From contig JAVKOQ020000066.1 in assembly GCA_031835245.2 (NCBI GenBank), forward strand, positions 124,001-188,000: 64,000 bases of DNA. The letters are read 5' to 3'. Shown here one piece after another: positions 15,066 to 27,188 of this stretch; position 1 is the first letter of the stretch, and each line of letters opens with the position of its first letter. Origin of the DNA: Balamuthia mandrillaris (lineage: Eukaryota). The notes under the pieces were generated by a model that saw nothing but the letters and a program-made list of their open reading frames with translations, had not been told where the DNA came from and did not search any database. A program made the translations under genes and the position numbers.

Positions 15066-15277
15066 TGTTGATGGGGGATAAACCATGCAGATTAAGAAAG
15101 GGATGGCACATAAGTGACTCTGGGTTTATTCACAAGAAAAGAGGGGTGGACCAAAGTATGTACTTTGAGTGTGTCACAAGGAAAAAGGGAAAATGAAAAA
15201 GGGGTGAAAGAATTCGGGGTATCCAGGGAGAGTGTTGACAGGAAGTCATAATGATGTGAATTGTTGGTTTTCCAACA
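15066..15277. mobile_element. Solo LTR family A, copy 2
   Basis: TGTTG...CAACA termini with 4-bp TSD GAAT. Confidence 0.88.
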
Positions 15278-15555
15278 GAATTATCAACACTAATCTGAAG
15301 ACTCCTTATGTTGGATCTGTCTCAGACTCTTGAGCAGGGATCCATTAGTTTTTGGAATGTATGTAGCCTTTCTAGTAAACAAAGTATTCATGCATATTGG
15401 CTGGGCCTTTGTGATCAAAGGTTTTGTCTATTTCATACTCTGGATTGCCTATTTTACCTATTGCCTAATGTGATCTCTATGTCATCAATTAAGAAGATGA
15501 CAGTGTGGTGGTGTTCATAGGATGCTAGGTAGAGATACTTTTATGCTGCTACTGG

Positions 15556-15950
15556 AGAGAATAGAACCAAGAAAAGAAACAACAGAGTGATGAGAGCCCA
15601 ATGTAATTTAATGCATGAAAGAGAAAAGATAAGTGCGTAATTGTGTGTGTTTGTCCTCTGTGTTTGTGAACTGCAACTCAAGTGAAGAAAATGAAAAAAG
15701 AACCAATTTATAGTTAGGAAGGGAACCTAAGGGCCAGAGATCGAGGGTTCGTCAGCAGAATTGCCAATTCTCAATTTCTGAGCTCACTTGAAGAAACTTC
15801 AGGGGAAAAGACTGGAAACAACAAGTTGATCTTCGGTGTCAACAAGATTGATCGAAGAGATGACGTCGGTTGTTGGCAGAAAAAGATCAAAGAGAAAGAA
15901 AGAAGGAAGAACAAGGAGAAAAGAGTTGGTTATGTTAGTAGTTGCCAATA
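15556..15950 (-). mobile_element. LTR family D, truncated and diverged copy
   Basis: Reverse complement of 21154-21545. Confidence 0.8.
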
Positions 15951-16799
15951 GTAGTAAGATGTATTGCAAAGCAGGAGTTCAGGGAAGCTGTCTGCCATGC
16001 TGAAATTCCAGGCAACATTAAGCTTGCATCTCTTGAGCATAACTCCCTCCTTAACTTTGACAATGCTTTGGACTCTGCTGCAGATGCTCCCAGCCTTGCT
16101 ATAACCCCTGAAGCTATCCATGCAGAAGGTCTCTACTGATGATAAGAAGCATTCAGTACATATGTAGACAGCTGATTGATGCTAGGAGGAAGTGAAGCTG
16201 GTGAAGGAGATGGTATACCAATAATAAGCCAGGTGCTGTGACAGTGATGACCAGGAGACAACAGATACCATGACAAGTGAGGTATGACTATGTTGTTTTT
16301 TACCAAGAATATAACAGGATTTCTGTAAAAGATACATTATTTGCATGGACTAGACTATTAAAGAAGAGGCTCTCTTTACCTTATTTGAGCTTTTTGGGCT
16401 TGGTGTGTAGTTGCTGTTTGTGAACATTTTTTTGACCCACATGAGTGATTCAAATCCCCTCTTGCACTACACATATCATGGAAGCTCCAGCCACTCTTGA
16501 CACCATGTGAACAGCTTTGTAAGGCACAACAGGAGTACCTTTGGCATGCTCTAACAACTTAGCTTGACATGTTAACTCGGACCAGTAATACAAGTCGAGA
16601 CACAGTATAAACAAAAAGGAGAATCTCCTTTTGGAAATTTGAAAGGGCAAAAAATAATTTTTTAAATATTTTTCCAAAACCAAAAATAATTCTTTTTTCA
16701 AATTTTATTCATAAGGAAAATTATAAATCATTTTTATATGAATGGAATAGTATTTTATAAATATTAAAGAAAACATTTTTATTATTGTTATTTGAAAGT

Positions 16800-18350
16800 T
16801 GATATTTCAAAAACAGAATTTAATTGTCTAATTTGTCTTTTCCTTTATCTTTTTTTGATTTGGTTGATTGAGAAGATGTGTTGCTATCAGAATCTGAAAA
16901 ATCCTCATCACTATTATTATTGTTCTTTTTACTTTCTGTATCTTCTTGTTCTTCTTCTTTTCTTTCTTCTTCTTCTTCTTCTTCTTCTTCTTCTTCTTTT
17001 TCTTCTTTTTCTTCTACTTTTACTTTTTTACTTTTATCTTTTTCATTTTATTGTGCTTTTGATTTTTTGTGGTTTTTGGGGGTAAGCTTTGGAAGTTCTT
17101 CATTTTCCTCTTCAGATTGATTACTATCTTTTGGAACTTCATCATCTTCATCATCTGCATTTTTTGGTACTAAATCTTTTTTCAAAACTTTATGTTTTTT
17201 CTTCCAAGCAACTAAGCCTTTTTGCACCTTGTTTCTCCCAAGGAATTAAGCATCAAGGGAGTTTGTGTTGGTAAATTATCATAAATGATCACTTTGAACT
17301 TGGTAGGAGGGGAATGAGAAGCAAGCACGTCCTTTCCCCATTTGTTGAGTTGGTGGGCCAATTGTTTGGAGAGTTGAGGAGGAGTATTGAGTTTGGGTCT
17401 GCCACAATGATGGTTTTTTGCTTTTTTGGCCTGGTGTTTGGAAGAGGTCTTTGGTTGTTGTTTTTTGCTTCTTCTTTTTTTTTTTTTTTCAATATCATGA
17501 GATGGTTTTGGTGAAGGAGGTGGAGAGAGTTGAGGTGTAGTGGTGTTTGAGTGGAATGGAGGAGAAGCAAGTTCATTGGAGGGTATGTGTTGCTAGCAGC
17601 AAGCAATGAATAAATGAATGAAAGATAGCAAAAGGAAATATTAACTAAACTTCAATGCCATAGAAAAAATTGCAAATGGCAGACAACGTCCAAGAAATAT
17701 GAGTAAGTCACCTTGTTAAAAAAAGCAACAGAAAACTCCAAGGTATTGTACCTTGTCCAAGACAGCCATACTTGGAAGTTGTTTGCCACCAAATGGCAGC
17801 ACTTTGGCCCTCCAAGTTAACTCCTTCAGCTTTGGGGAGTTTTCACAGTACAATATGTGGGCTGCTGCACAATGATGGTTACCTCCAAGACATACATATT
17901 CTTGTTGATTGCTTTCTGGATGCACCCATAGAGCTGAGGGCAGTTCCATCAATAATAAGGAAGAGCGTTCATCAAAAGACAAAATGCCTGAGTTGAATGT
18001 GGCCAGCAGCTTATTCAACCCCTCTGGTTTTAGAGGTTGATGCCAACCTGATAAAACAAACGAAGTTAATGACAGTACAAAGTTAAAAGAAGGCATGAAG
18101 AACTGTGGAGGGTATCTGCTGCACTGTATGGCGCAGCCAATGCCCTTCAACTAGTCAACAAGAGAGAAAAAGGCCAAAGGCATGTACGACACAGCTTATA
18201 ACCTTTTCTTGCCAGTCAAACTAAGAAATTAAGGCAGCAGTTGTGATCTGCTTTTATTTTTGTGTTATAGTCAATGGCTGAATAGCCACTATTCGCCTTG
18301 CTTCTTTCTTCCTCAAGGAAGAAGGGCCAGTCCAGCTCCATTCTACTTTT
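16800..18350 (-). pseudogene. Decayed gene with a ParB/Sulfiredoxin-like motif and an acidic low-complexity tail
   Basis: ORF 17716-18150 contains HQPLKPEGLNKLLATF...EYVCLGGNHHCAAAHIL. Flanking exons carry stops. Confidence 0.4.
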
Positions 18351-19062
18351 GCCACACAAGGTATCAAAATTTCGTTTAATTGGTAGTCAAATCGTTGTGG
18401 TTTGCTGCAGACTTTGTGGAAGGCAACCAATGACAGAGAGCATTGCTAATATGGTGCTGGAAGAAGTGACAGCAAGTTGAAGGAAATTCGAAAGTGTTTT
18501 GTTCCCATAATAAAGGGGCTTGAAGGGGCGCAACCGTGGCGTGTCAATTCAGCGTTGGTTCACTGTTCCAAAGGTCACGGTTTCAACACCAGCCAAAATC
18601 AACTCTTTCCTTTGCCCCCAAGGAAGACCTGAGGAACGATGACCCCACAAATCATCAGGGCTACTGCCAGGAATCTGCCAGGAATACTCATTGGTTGTGG
18701 GCCAGGACTTGCGGGACAAACTTAACACACAAACCTGTCACTGATGGTTTCCCTCCTTAGGAGGGTTTGCTAGTCTAAATTGCCTCAACCAGAAAGACAT
18801 TAAACTTACAATAAACAATAAAGGGGCTTGAATGTGCTTTCTTATGTCCAACCTCATGATTCTTTCTTTTGAGTTCAACTTGTGAAAGGACTGTGAGGCA
18901 TAATGATTTGTATTGTTCTCAGTTGTCAAATCTGTTCAGCCTGCATTTTGTTTGAAAGAGAGACCAGCATTGCTATGTCATTATCCCTTTTTCTTTTGTT
19001 TTTTTGCTTGCATTCAAATTTTGAGACTAGCGCCATACGGCGCAGATAAGCCCTATCCCACT

Positions 19063-20760
19063 TGTTGGTAAAATCACCAACACTTATATCAAGACTCCTC
19101 ATGTTGGCTCCATCCTGGACCCTCAGCTCTCCTTTCTTTTGTATCCTTCATCCTTCCCTTCTCCCTTTTCCCTTTTCTCTGGGTGTACTTTGCAGCAACG
19201 TCGGAGATTCACTCCCATTGTCCTTCCTCTATTCTTTTGAATACACTTCTTGTCTCATCACCAACTCTTTTATTCTTGAGGTTGGATTTGACCAACATTT
19301 TTTTTGACTTACATACGTGATTCATACCCACATGAGTGATTCAAATCCCCTCTTGTGCTACATACATCATGAAAGCCTTAGTTGCTCTCAACACACTCCG
19401 TTACATCCTACAACAGGAGTATCTTCGCATGCTCCAACAATCCTTTCAACTTGAGCTTGACATCCCCAGCTGCCTTGAGACTGAATGCGTCACCAAAGAA
19501 GAAGAACAGCGCAAGTTAGACAAAGCCGCAGAACACACCAGAAAGGCCATGGAATGGTTACAACAGCATATAGACAGCTTTGTTGTGTTCCTGGCATCCA
19601 CCTCAGCCACACTAGGCAACTCTTCCACATGCAACACTACCACTGTCGCTTTTTCCCCTCTCTCACCTGTTCCACAGATCTCTCCCATATAGTCACCTCA
19701 TTCGAGTTCCCCCTCTCCCGTTGACATTTCCATCAACAACACAACTGCTTCCAACAGCACCCATGATCCCTCTGTTCCAGAAACACAGAGCAACACAACT
19801 ACTCCTTCCCCTCCTACTCAGAAGAAAATGCCTCGCCTTCCCCCCAGACTACCTAAGTTCGACGTCAGCAAGCGCCAGGACCCTGCTCTTCACACCATGG
19901 AACTGGAGTATCACCTTAACACCTACAACTAGCCTGAGGATAGATGGACACAAGCCCTCATCATCACCCTTGTTGGAGACGGATGTCTTTGGGCCATTAG
20001 TGCTCTATGAGACCAACCATGGAATGTCGCTTGAGACCTCTTCCATCGGCACTACTGCCTTCCAGACATCAAGGCCACAACAATAGAGGCTGTCACATCG
20101 TTTTGACAGAAGCCTGGCAAAAGTGTTCATCAGCTCATCGATTGGTACTCTGTACTCTGATAATTAATCATCCTCCTGACACCTTCTACAACTACCTCAA
20201 AGCCTTTTTCTTTGGATGAGCCCTTCTTCCCCACATCAAGTCGAAGTACAAGCAACAGACTCTTCGCAACAAGCCACAAGACATCATCGCTGCTTTTGAG
20301 CTCGCAGTCCTCATTGAGTTAGAGTTTCCCCAACCTTCTTCAAAAGATAAAGGTCACAGCAATTCACCACAATCACCATTACCCACACAATAGGTGCTGT
20401 TTGCACACACTGCAAAACACGCAACCACACGGAAGATCAGTGCCAAAAAAAGGCCCGCAGGCTACAACAGCAGTCATCTCAAGCAACATCTGCTACACCA
20501 GCCTCATTTTCTGCTCCTGCAACATGCAACCCCACGTCAACACTGCTGCATCAAACATGTGCACAACTACCAGCATGCCAGTCGTCTCCAGCTCATGTTC
20601 CCTCAACTCCATGGCTTCTACACAGCAACAGAGCAACACACCTGCTCCTACCATTGAGCAGCAAGACTCTATCATCAATGAAGAGGAATATGACGAGTTC
20701 TATGAGTCACAACAGGCTCTCAACTCTATCACCATCACTAACAATATGCCCAGACCCAAC
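19063..20760 (+). mobile_element. Degenerate Ty3/gypsy element: 5' LTR (family B, 19063-19297), PBS-like region and gag pseudogene
   Basis: LTR has TGTTG...CAACA termini. Gag relic reads PRLPKFD...LEYHLNTYN*PEDRWTQALIITLVGDGCLWA, with zinc knuckle CTHCKTRNHTEDQC at about 20402-20445 and multiple stops. An inverted partial LTR-B copy lies at 21014-21151. Confidence 0.75.
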
Positions 20761-21153
20761 GACCCTATCTGTGCCCTGATGATCATCACCGACCATCACT
20801 GGCATCGGCTGCACAGTGCAGATCAGCCCTTTTGTATGGCAGGCATGGGCTGTGCCATATGGCGAAAGATCAGCCCTTTTCTGCTCTCTTTTCTTTTGTA
20901 TGGCTGACATTGGCTACACCATGCAGTGCAGATCAGCCCTCTTCAGCTTTCTCTACTATTGTACGAAAGGCATTGGCTATCCTTCCCATCCAATGAAAAG
21001 AAATTCCAATTTTCATTGCTTCAAAGTACATCAAGAGAAAGGGGAAAAGGGAAAAAGGAAAGATGAAGAATACAAAAGAAAAAAGAGCAGAGAGTCCAGG
21101 ATGGATCCAACATGAGGAGTCTTGAGATAAGTGTTGGTGATTTTATTAACACC

Positions 21154-21555
21154 TGTTGGCAACTGCCAACATAACCAACTCTTTTCTCCTCGTTCTTTCT
21201 TCTTTCTTTCTCTTTGGTCTTTTTCTGCCAACAACCGATGTCATCTCTTCAATCAATCTTGTCGACACCAAAGATCAACTTATTGTTTCCAGTCTTTTCT
21301 CCTGAAGTTTCTTCAAGTTCAGAAATTGAGAATTGGCAATTCTGCTGACGAATCCTCAATCTCTGACCTGTCAGTTCCCTTCCTAACTATAAATTGGTTC
21401 TTCTTTCATTTTCTTCACTTAGGTTGCAGTTCACAAACACAAAGTACAAACACACACACAATCACACACTTATCTTTTCTCTTTCATGCAGTAAATTACA
21501 TTGGGCTCTCATCACTCTGTTGTTTCTTTTCTTGGTCTATTCTCTTTGTTTAACA
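21154..21555 (+). mobile_element. Solo LTR family D (402 bp)
   Basis: TGTT...AACA termini with 4-bp TSD CACC; second copy at 15556-15950. Confidence 0.85.
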
Positions 21556-21729
21556 CACCCTCATCCTTTGTGGCTGTTGCTATCTTTCTCTTTGTTACTG
21601 TCTTAGTTTTATGCTCAGGTTCCAACATTTTGGTTAACAAGTCAAACCATTTTAATTTCAATATTATTCTTTCTCTTTTTTTTTTATTGGGTATTGACAT
21701 ACAAGATCACCTTTCTTCATCCTTTGGTT

Positions 21730-22232
21730 GACCGGACAGCGGCTCCTACTGCTAGTGCTATCTACAGGGTCATATGCAATTTTGGCTTTCCCAAGATTGT
21801 ATAGTCAAACAATAGCTCTGAGTTCGTCAATGAGACCATGGCCACTATCAAGGCTATCTCGGGCTTCAATCACAGATTTATTTCTGCCTATCATCTGTGA
21901 GCCAATGGTGCTGCTGAGGCACACGTCAAGCTTGCCAAGTCCGCTCTTATGAAGCTGGTCTCTTCTGCCATGATTCTTCTGTTTCCTTGGTTGAATTCAA
22001 GCTGGGCAACACCATTATGCTCCATCATTCTGCCACCACCTCTAAGATGGATCTGAAGTATCTTGGCCCTTTCTCTGTCAAATACAGAACCAAGAGTGGG
22101 GCTGATGTACTAGTGGATGTCACTGGCAATGAGTTGGAAGATCATATTCTTCCTTCTCTTTTAAAGCTAGTTCCTCCTCTCCCTTCTGGTTTTTTTGATA
22201 CCTCTATCCTCCACTTCAATTCCTCCTGGTAA
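21730..22232 (+). mobile_element. Gypsy integrase C-terminal (GPY/F) fragment
   Basis: FKLGNTIML...SKMDLKYLGPFSVKYRTKSGADVLVDVTG...LLKLV. Confidence 0.7.
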
Positions 22233-22259
22233 AACTGATTTGGAATCTCAAGTTAAACT

Positions 22260-22471
22260 TGTTGGAAAACCAACAATTCGCGTCATTTTGACTTCCTGTC
22301 GACACTTTCCCTGGATACCCCAAATTCTCTCACCCCTTTTTTATTTTCCCTTTTTCCTCACGACACACTCAAAGCACACACTTTGGTCCACACCTCTTTC
22401 CTTGTGAATAAACCCAGAGTCGCTTACGTGCCGTCCCTTTCTTGATCCGCAGGGTTTATCCCCCATCAACA
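22260..22471. mobile_element. Solo LTR family A, copy 3 (opposite orientation to copies 1 and 2)
   Basis: TGTTG...CAACA termini with TSD AACT. Confidence 0.88.
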
Positions 22472-22588
22472 AACTTGATGGTTCTGATGATGATTACTCT
22501 GAGTCTGATGATGGATGATGAAGACTCTTCCTATGAAGTTAGCAAAGTGCTGGACCACTGTGGACCTGCCAACTGCTGAGAATACAAG

Positions 22589-22936
22589 TGTGACAAGGCT
22601 GGTAGGGGAACAACCTAACAGACACCAACTTGATAAATGTAGGGAAAAGACCTTTAATAAAATGGAAGAAAGAGATATATATACAAGGAGAGGTAGGAAT
22701 ATTATGTTGGAAAACCAACGATTCGCGTCATTATGACTTTTTGTCAACACTTTCCCTGGATACCCCAAATTCTCTTACCCCTTTTTATTTTCCCTTTTTC
22801 CTCATGACACACTCAAAGCACACACTTTGGTCCACCCCTCTTTCCTTGTGAATAAACCCAGAGTCGCTTACATGCCATCCCTTTCTTGATCCGCAGGGTT
22901 TATCCCCCATCAACAATTATGGAGAGTGGTATAACA
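22589..22936. mobile_element. Solo LTR family C interrupted by LTR family A copy 4 (22705-22915)
   Basis: Flanks match 41465-41606 (shared TAATAAAATGGAAGAAAGAGATATATATACAAGGAGAG). The inner element has TSD ATTA. Confidence 0.8.
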
Positions 22937-23494
22937 CAATGTTAGATGGAAAGGTTACTGGTGGTTAGGTGGAGTAAAAAGCGTGTATACATGGAGTGTG
23001 GGTATGTGAGTGTGTGTGTGTGTGTGTATGTGTGTATGTGTTTTCTGGTGAGCATGTGTGGATGGATGCATAGGAACTCTATTTTGAAAACAGGAATTTT
23101 TAGATGCCTTGCTTTTGTGTTTTGGCATTGGCAATCACCCAAATCAGATAACACAGTTTCTCTTTGATGGGTCTGAAAGAGGTCTTGACACAAACTATCC
23201 AGTTCATTTGGTCACAGAGTTGAAGGTAATAACTCTGTGACTGTTGGCCAATTTTTGGGCTCTCTCAGACACATTTCCACAAAGTCCACCAAATGAAATG
23301 GATAGTTTGTGTCAAGACCTCTTAGCTGCTTAACCTCAAGTATTCACCCAAATTGGGAGAGTTATTTGTGCTGTAGTGCTCACTAGCACAGAAATTCTCA
23401 CCTTATTTAACCCAAGCATCACCAAATGGTTTTTCCACATGCACTCTAGGCTTGTTGCCTGCCATCCACGAATTTTTGGAGTTGCTCCTTAAGG

Positions 23495-25765
23495 GTGCAG
23501 TTGTATCATTCAACTATGCCGTTTCCTTGGGAATGCTCTGCTGTGGCGTATTTACGCTTGATGCCAAGAAGAGTTGAAAGCTCATTGTTGAGTTTGTTAA
23601 CAAATTCTCTTCCTGGATCAGACAGAAGCTCCTTCAGGAGGTCCATGCTTGCTAAGATCTCAAGTAAGACCTTCGCCACTTCCTTTGCTTGTTTCATCTT
23701 CAATGGATGAATGTCCAGCCAACACGTGAAGGCGTTGATGGTGACCAAGGCATATCAGTACCCTTCAGCCATCAAGGGCAACTCACCGATCAGCTCCATG
23801 CAGCCCAACTCGCCTGGCTCGTTTGCAATGATGTGACCCAACAGCCTGGCGGCTTTCTTCCGCGGAGCCTTCGCCTCCTGGCATTCCACACAGCCCTTGA
23901 CCCAACGTTCCACATCTTTGTGAATTCCAGGCCACCCAGTACTGCGTGATGAGGCATTTTGTGACTGAGGTGCACACTCGGTCGTCATCAGAGTCGCAAG
24001 ACGAACCCTCCACAGGTTTGCTCTCAGCAAGAAGCAACCAGTGTCGTCGTGCTTCCAAAATGTCCCAGCCGATGAGAAAATTGTGAGGCATCGGATCATC
24101 CTCCGCCAAGACTGCAACGGTTGCCTTGACGTTCTCGCGAGTAGGCGTCCGGAAACGAAGAGTGACATAACCCTTCGGTTTCACTTCATGGCCAGTGGCA
24201 CTTCTCCACATATCCCCGTTATGTAGGCTACTCATTTTTACTTCTTTGGGTAGAAGTGTTTCTCGAACGAAGCTATCGGTGGCACAGGAGTCCAGCGCGG
24301 CCTCGACTGTCCTTCTTCCGGAGATCTTCAATGTCATCCTCGGTAGACAACGCGCGTTCTTGACGACAATATTCGTCGATCCTGTCTTTCCACCAGCACT
24401 GTCCTTCTGGGCCGGCGCCTGGCTTTGGCTCCAGACTTGCCCTTTGTGTCCCGCAAAGCACCGCCAAAAGTGTCCTTCTTCTTGCTTTGGTCGACACGTT
24501 TCTTTTCCGAGCACTCTCTTGTCCAGTGCTCTCTCGACTTGCAGTTGTAGCAAAAGGGTCGCTTTTTCCTCCCGTCATTGCCCGAACTACTGTCGTTATT
24601 GTTCTTCTCCCGCCTTGAGCTCTTTGACCGATGGTCCAAGCTCCTTTTCGCATGTTTCCGTCCTTCCCAGTCTCTAGCGAGGTTCAGGGCATCAGCCATA
24701 TTAGCTATGTCTTCCCGCTGAAGGAATTTCTCCTTCAGGTCCGGAACAGCGCCAGCAACGAACTTCTCCAAGACCTGAGTCTCGCTGAAATCCGTGAGGA
24801 AAGCCTCTCGCAGCGCTGTTCGCACTCGCAAGTTCCAGGCGTCTACAGACTCATCAACGTTCATCCGGAGGTTACCAAGCTTCATGATTTTAGCAGTCGC
24901 TCGGTCACGATGCCGGAAGCAGTTGAGGAGCTGTGTTTTCGCCTCCGTGGGAGTTAGTAGGACGCCACCTTTCGTTCGTTCTTGCTCGAGGAAGCGGCGA
25001 ACGACGTCAGCATTGTCGCGAAGTTGTCCTTCAAAATGAAGGATGTAGTCCTGATGACTCCAGCCAGCGGCGGTCGCATAGCGGTCGAACGAGGTCAAAA
25101 AGATGTTTGGGTCCTCGTTTGGCTTGCCATGGAAAGTCGGCAGCGTTTCTGCGGTAAGCAGACTCTGCGTCAGCCGAGCATCGCCCAAGCTGTCACCAGT
25201 GTTGTGTTTGGCAGTACGTCGTCGTAAATCTTGACGGCGTGCCGTGAGATTGAGTGCGGTTTTCTCTTCTCCTTCTCCTTCTCTTCCTCCTCTTCGCTCG
25301 ACGACGAAGAGTTGGACCCAGAGCCGAGACCATCATCTTTATCTGCAAGTTGAGCCTGAAGAAGGTTTTGCAGTTGAGAGATTGCGTTGTTAAGAGCCGC
25401 AAAAGCTACATCATGACGATCGTTCGCTCGTTTGATGTCGTTCGAAATCTCGTCTGCAAAGGTTTCCAACTTTGCATCAATATGGTCGATACGGTCAGAC
25501 AAAGCAGAAGCGCGTCGCCGGCCTGCTTGACCAAGAGCCTGTCATGGTCCGCTCGGCTTGCACGAAGCTCAGAGAGAGCCTGGTCGATGGCGTCTAGTCT
25601 GTCCGTGGGAAGGGTTGTAGAAGTAGTAGTAGGGGAAGGAGTGCCGGAAGCTGGAGGGATAGCACCACTGGAAAGTGGACCGCTCTGCGCACCAGAAGAA
25701 GGGGTTGTACCAGACTGCGGCGAAGTTCATGACGTACATTTTATTAATACGTCACCGAACACTGC
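23495..25765 (-). mobile_element. Ty3/gypsy element, internally deleted: gag-CCHC, protease, integrase; no RT/RNase H
   Basis: Gag LPTFHGKPNEDP..., knuckle CYNCKSREHWTREC, protease VEAALDSCATDSF, then directly WPGIHKDVERWVKGCVECQ and LLSDPGREF...HSQGNGIVE (integrase). Frameshifted. Confidence 0.9.
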
Positions 25766-25769
25766 TAGG

Positions 25770-26015
25770 AGCATAACGTACACTTCTTTGGTGAAGTTTT
25801 TTTATTGCCACATTTGTGCAGGTGGTTGGGCAAAAGCCCCTGTGAACAGAGGCTTGGCCACTGTGTGTGATGAGTGAATGATGATAAGTTTGTGCAATAC
25901 AAAGGGCGCAGGAGGGAAGCATGAACCCTGCTTTAAAGGCGTCTTTGCACACCACGAAATCGTACTTTTGGCCTCTGTCAAAGGTTGGCAACCAGGGAGG
26001 GAGGGAAGCCATGGG
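25770..26015 (-). pseudogene. Protein kinase N-lobe fragment
   Basis: LITHSGQASVHRGFCPTTCTNVAIKKL matches subdomains I-II; cut by the gypsy element. Confidence 0.55.
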
Positions 26016-26589
26016 AATAAACAGAGTTGCAGTACGGCATACTTGAGAAGTCTTCATTCTGGCAATGAAGAAGAAGGAAGCACACACAACAACAAAAAAC
26101 CAAGCAGAGCAAACAAAGGAAAGAAAGAAAGCAAGATGGAAAGCTCAGAAGAAGCAAAAATGCTGCCCGTCCGTCCGTCAATTCCCACCCAACTTGCTCC
26201 GGAATTTCTTCAGGGGACAACGCAAATTGCCACCAGCTAAAATAGCAGAGTGAGGCAAAGTGTTGTCCTTTTTTTTCCCCACCAAATTTTGCTGCGTGGC
26301 CCCCCCCCCCTCCCTTTGTTTGGCAGTTCCCTACAACGAAGAGAAGCAAACGACGAAGAGAAGCGAACGATGAAGAGAAGAGAAGAGAACGACGAAGCGA
26401 AGAGAACACAGGCACGAACCGTTCCGACCATGGTGATCTAGCGCCATAACCGCAACGACGGCTGCCTTGCTCCTCTTATCGTCTGTCCTATCTATCCCTT
26501 TCCCAGAATCAATCGATCGTGGTGTTTTGGTGTTGTGGAGGTTACGCTTGGAAGTCACTCTTCTGACGGGCTTTTGTTTCAAGCTGTGT

Positions 26590-26790
26590 CTGTAGATTTC
26601 ATCTCTTGGAGTAGCACTTGGGCGACATCACGCAGTGCCCAGAGGCTGGCATCAACGGCCAGGAGGAACACAGACCGGAGCTGTGCGAGGTGTGCGATGG
26701 TGAAGTGCATGTATCATGCAACACCATGAGTAGTAGAGGTCAAGTATCCCATGTCCTCTCTTTTGTTTATAGCCAAGCCTGTGGCCCTGA
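26590..26790 (-). pseudogene. XPG/FEN1-like nuclease N-terminal fragment (repeat family)
   Basis: HGILDLY...IAHLAQLRSVFLLAVDASLWALRD; homologous to 38510-38700. Confidence 0.4.
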
Positions 26791-27155
26791 GGAGCTTACA
26801 CTGATGAAAGGGCTTTGTCTGTCGGTGAGGGACAGATGAGAAAAGTAAGTTTTGTGTTTGGTTGATGTGGCGTCGTGTGGTTGGTTTGTTTATTCACGTT
26901 GATGAAAGGTCGGGAGAAGGCTGGTATCCAATGCTTGTACAAAGCTGGCTGGGAACCACCCTCGTCTCCCATCCGCGAAAACTCCATGCCACCACTCATC
27001 TTGAGGTCAAGTTAAGTGCTATATCTGAGATAAGAAGAAGCCCAATCCAAGAATAGCACTTAACTTGACCTCAAGATGCAAGAAAAGAAAAGTGTTTCAG
27101 ACCTCGGCCGTCAAAGGAACCTCCAATCCTGTTTGGAGGGAAACCTTCCAACTGT

Positions 27156-27188
<33 letters not shown>

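Noticed and set aside
15556..21555. Long inverted repeats as TIRs of a 6-kb DNA transposon or DIRS element
   Set aside because: The right copy has its own TG..CA ends and 4-bp TSD, so these are independent LTR insertions; no transposase or tyrosine recombinase was seen between them.
25170..25270. Programmed frameshift in gypsy gag
   Set aside because: The two copies carry different single-base deletions, and their consensus is in frame.
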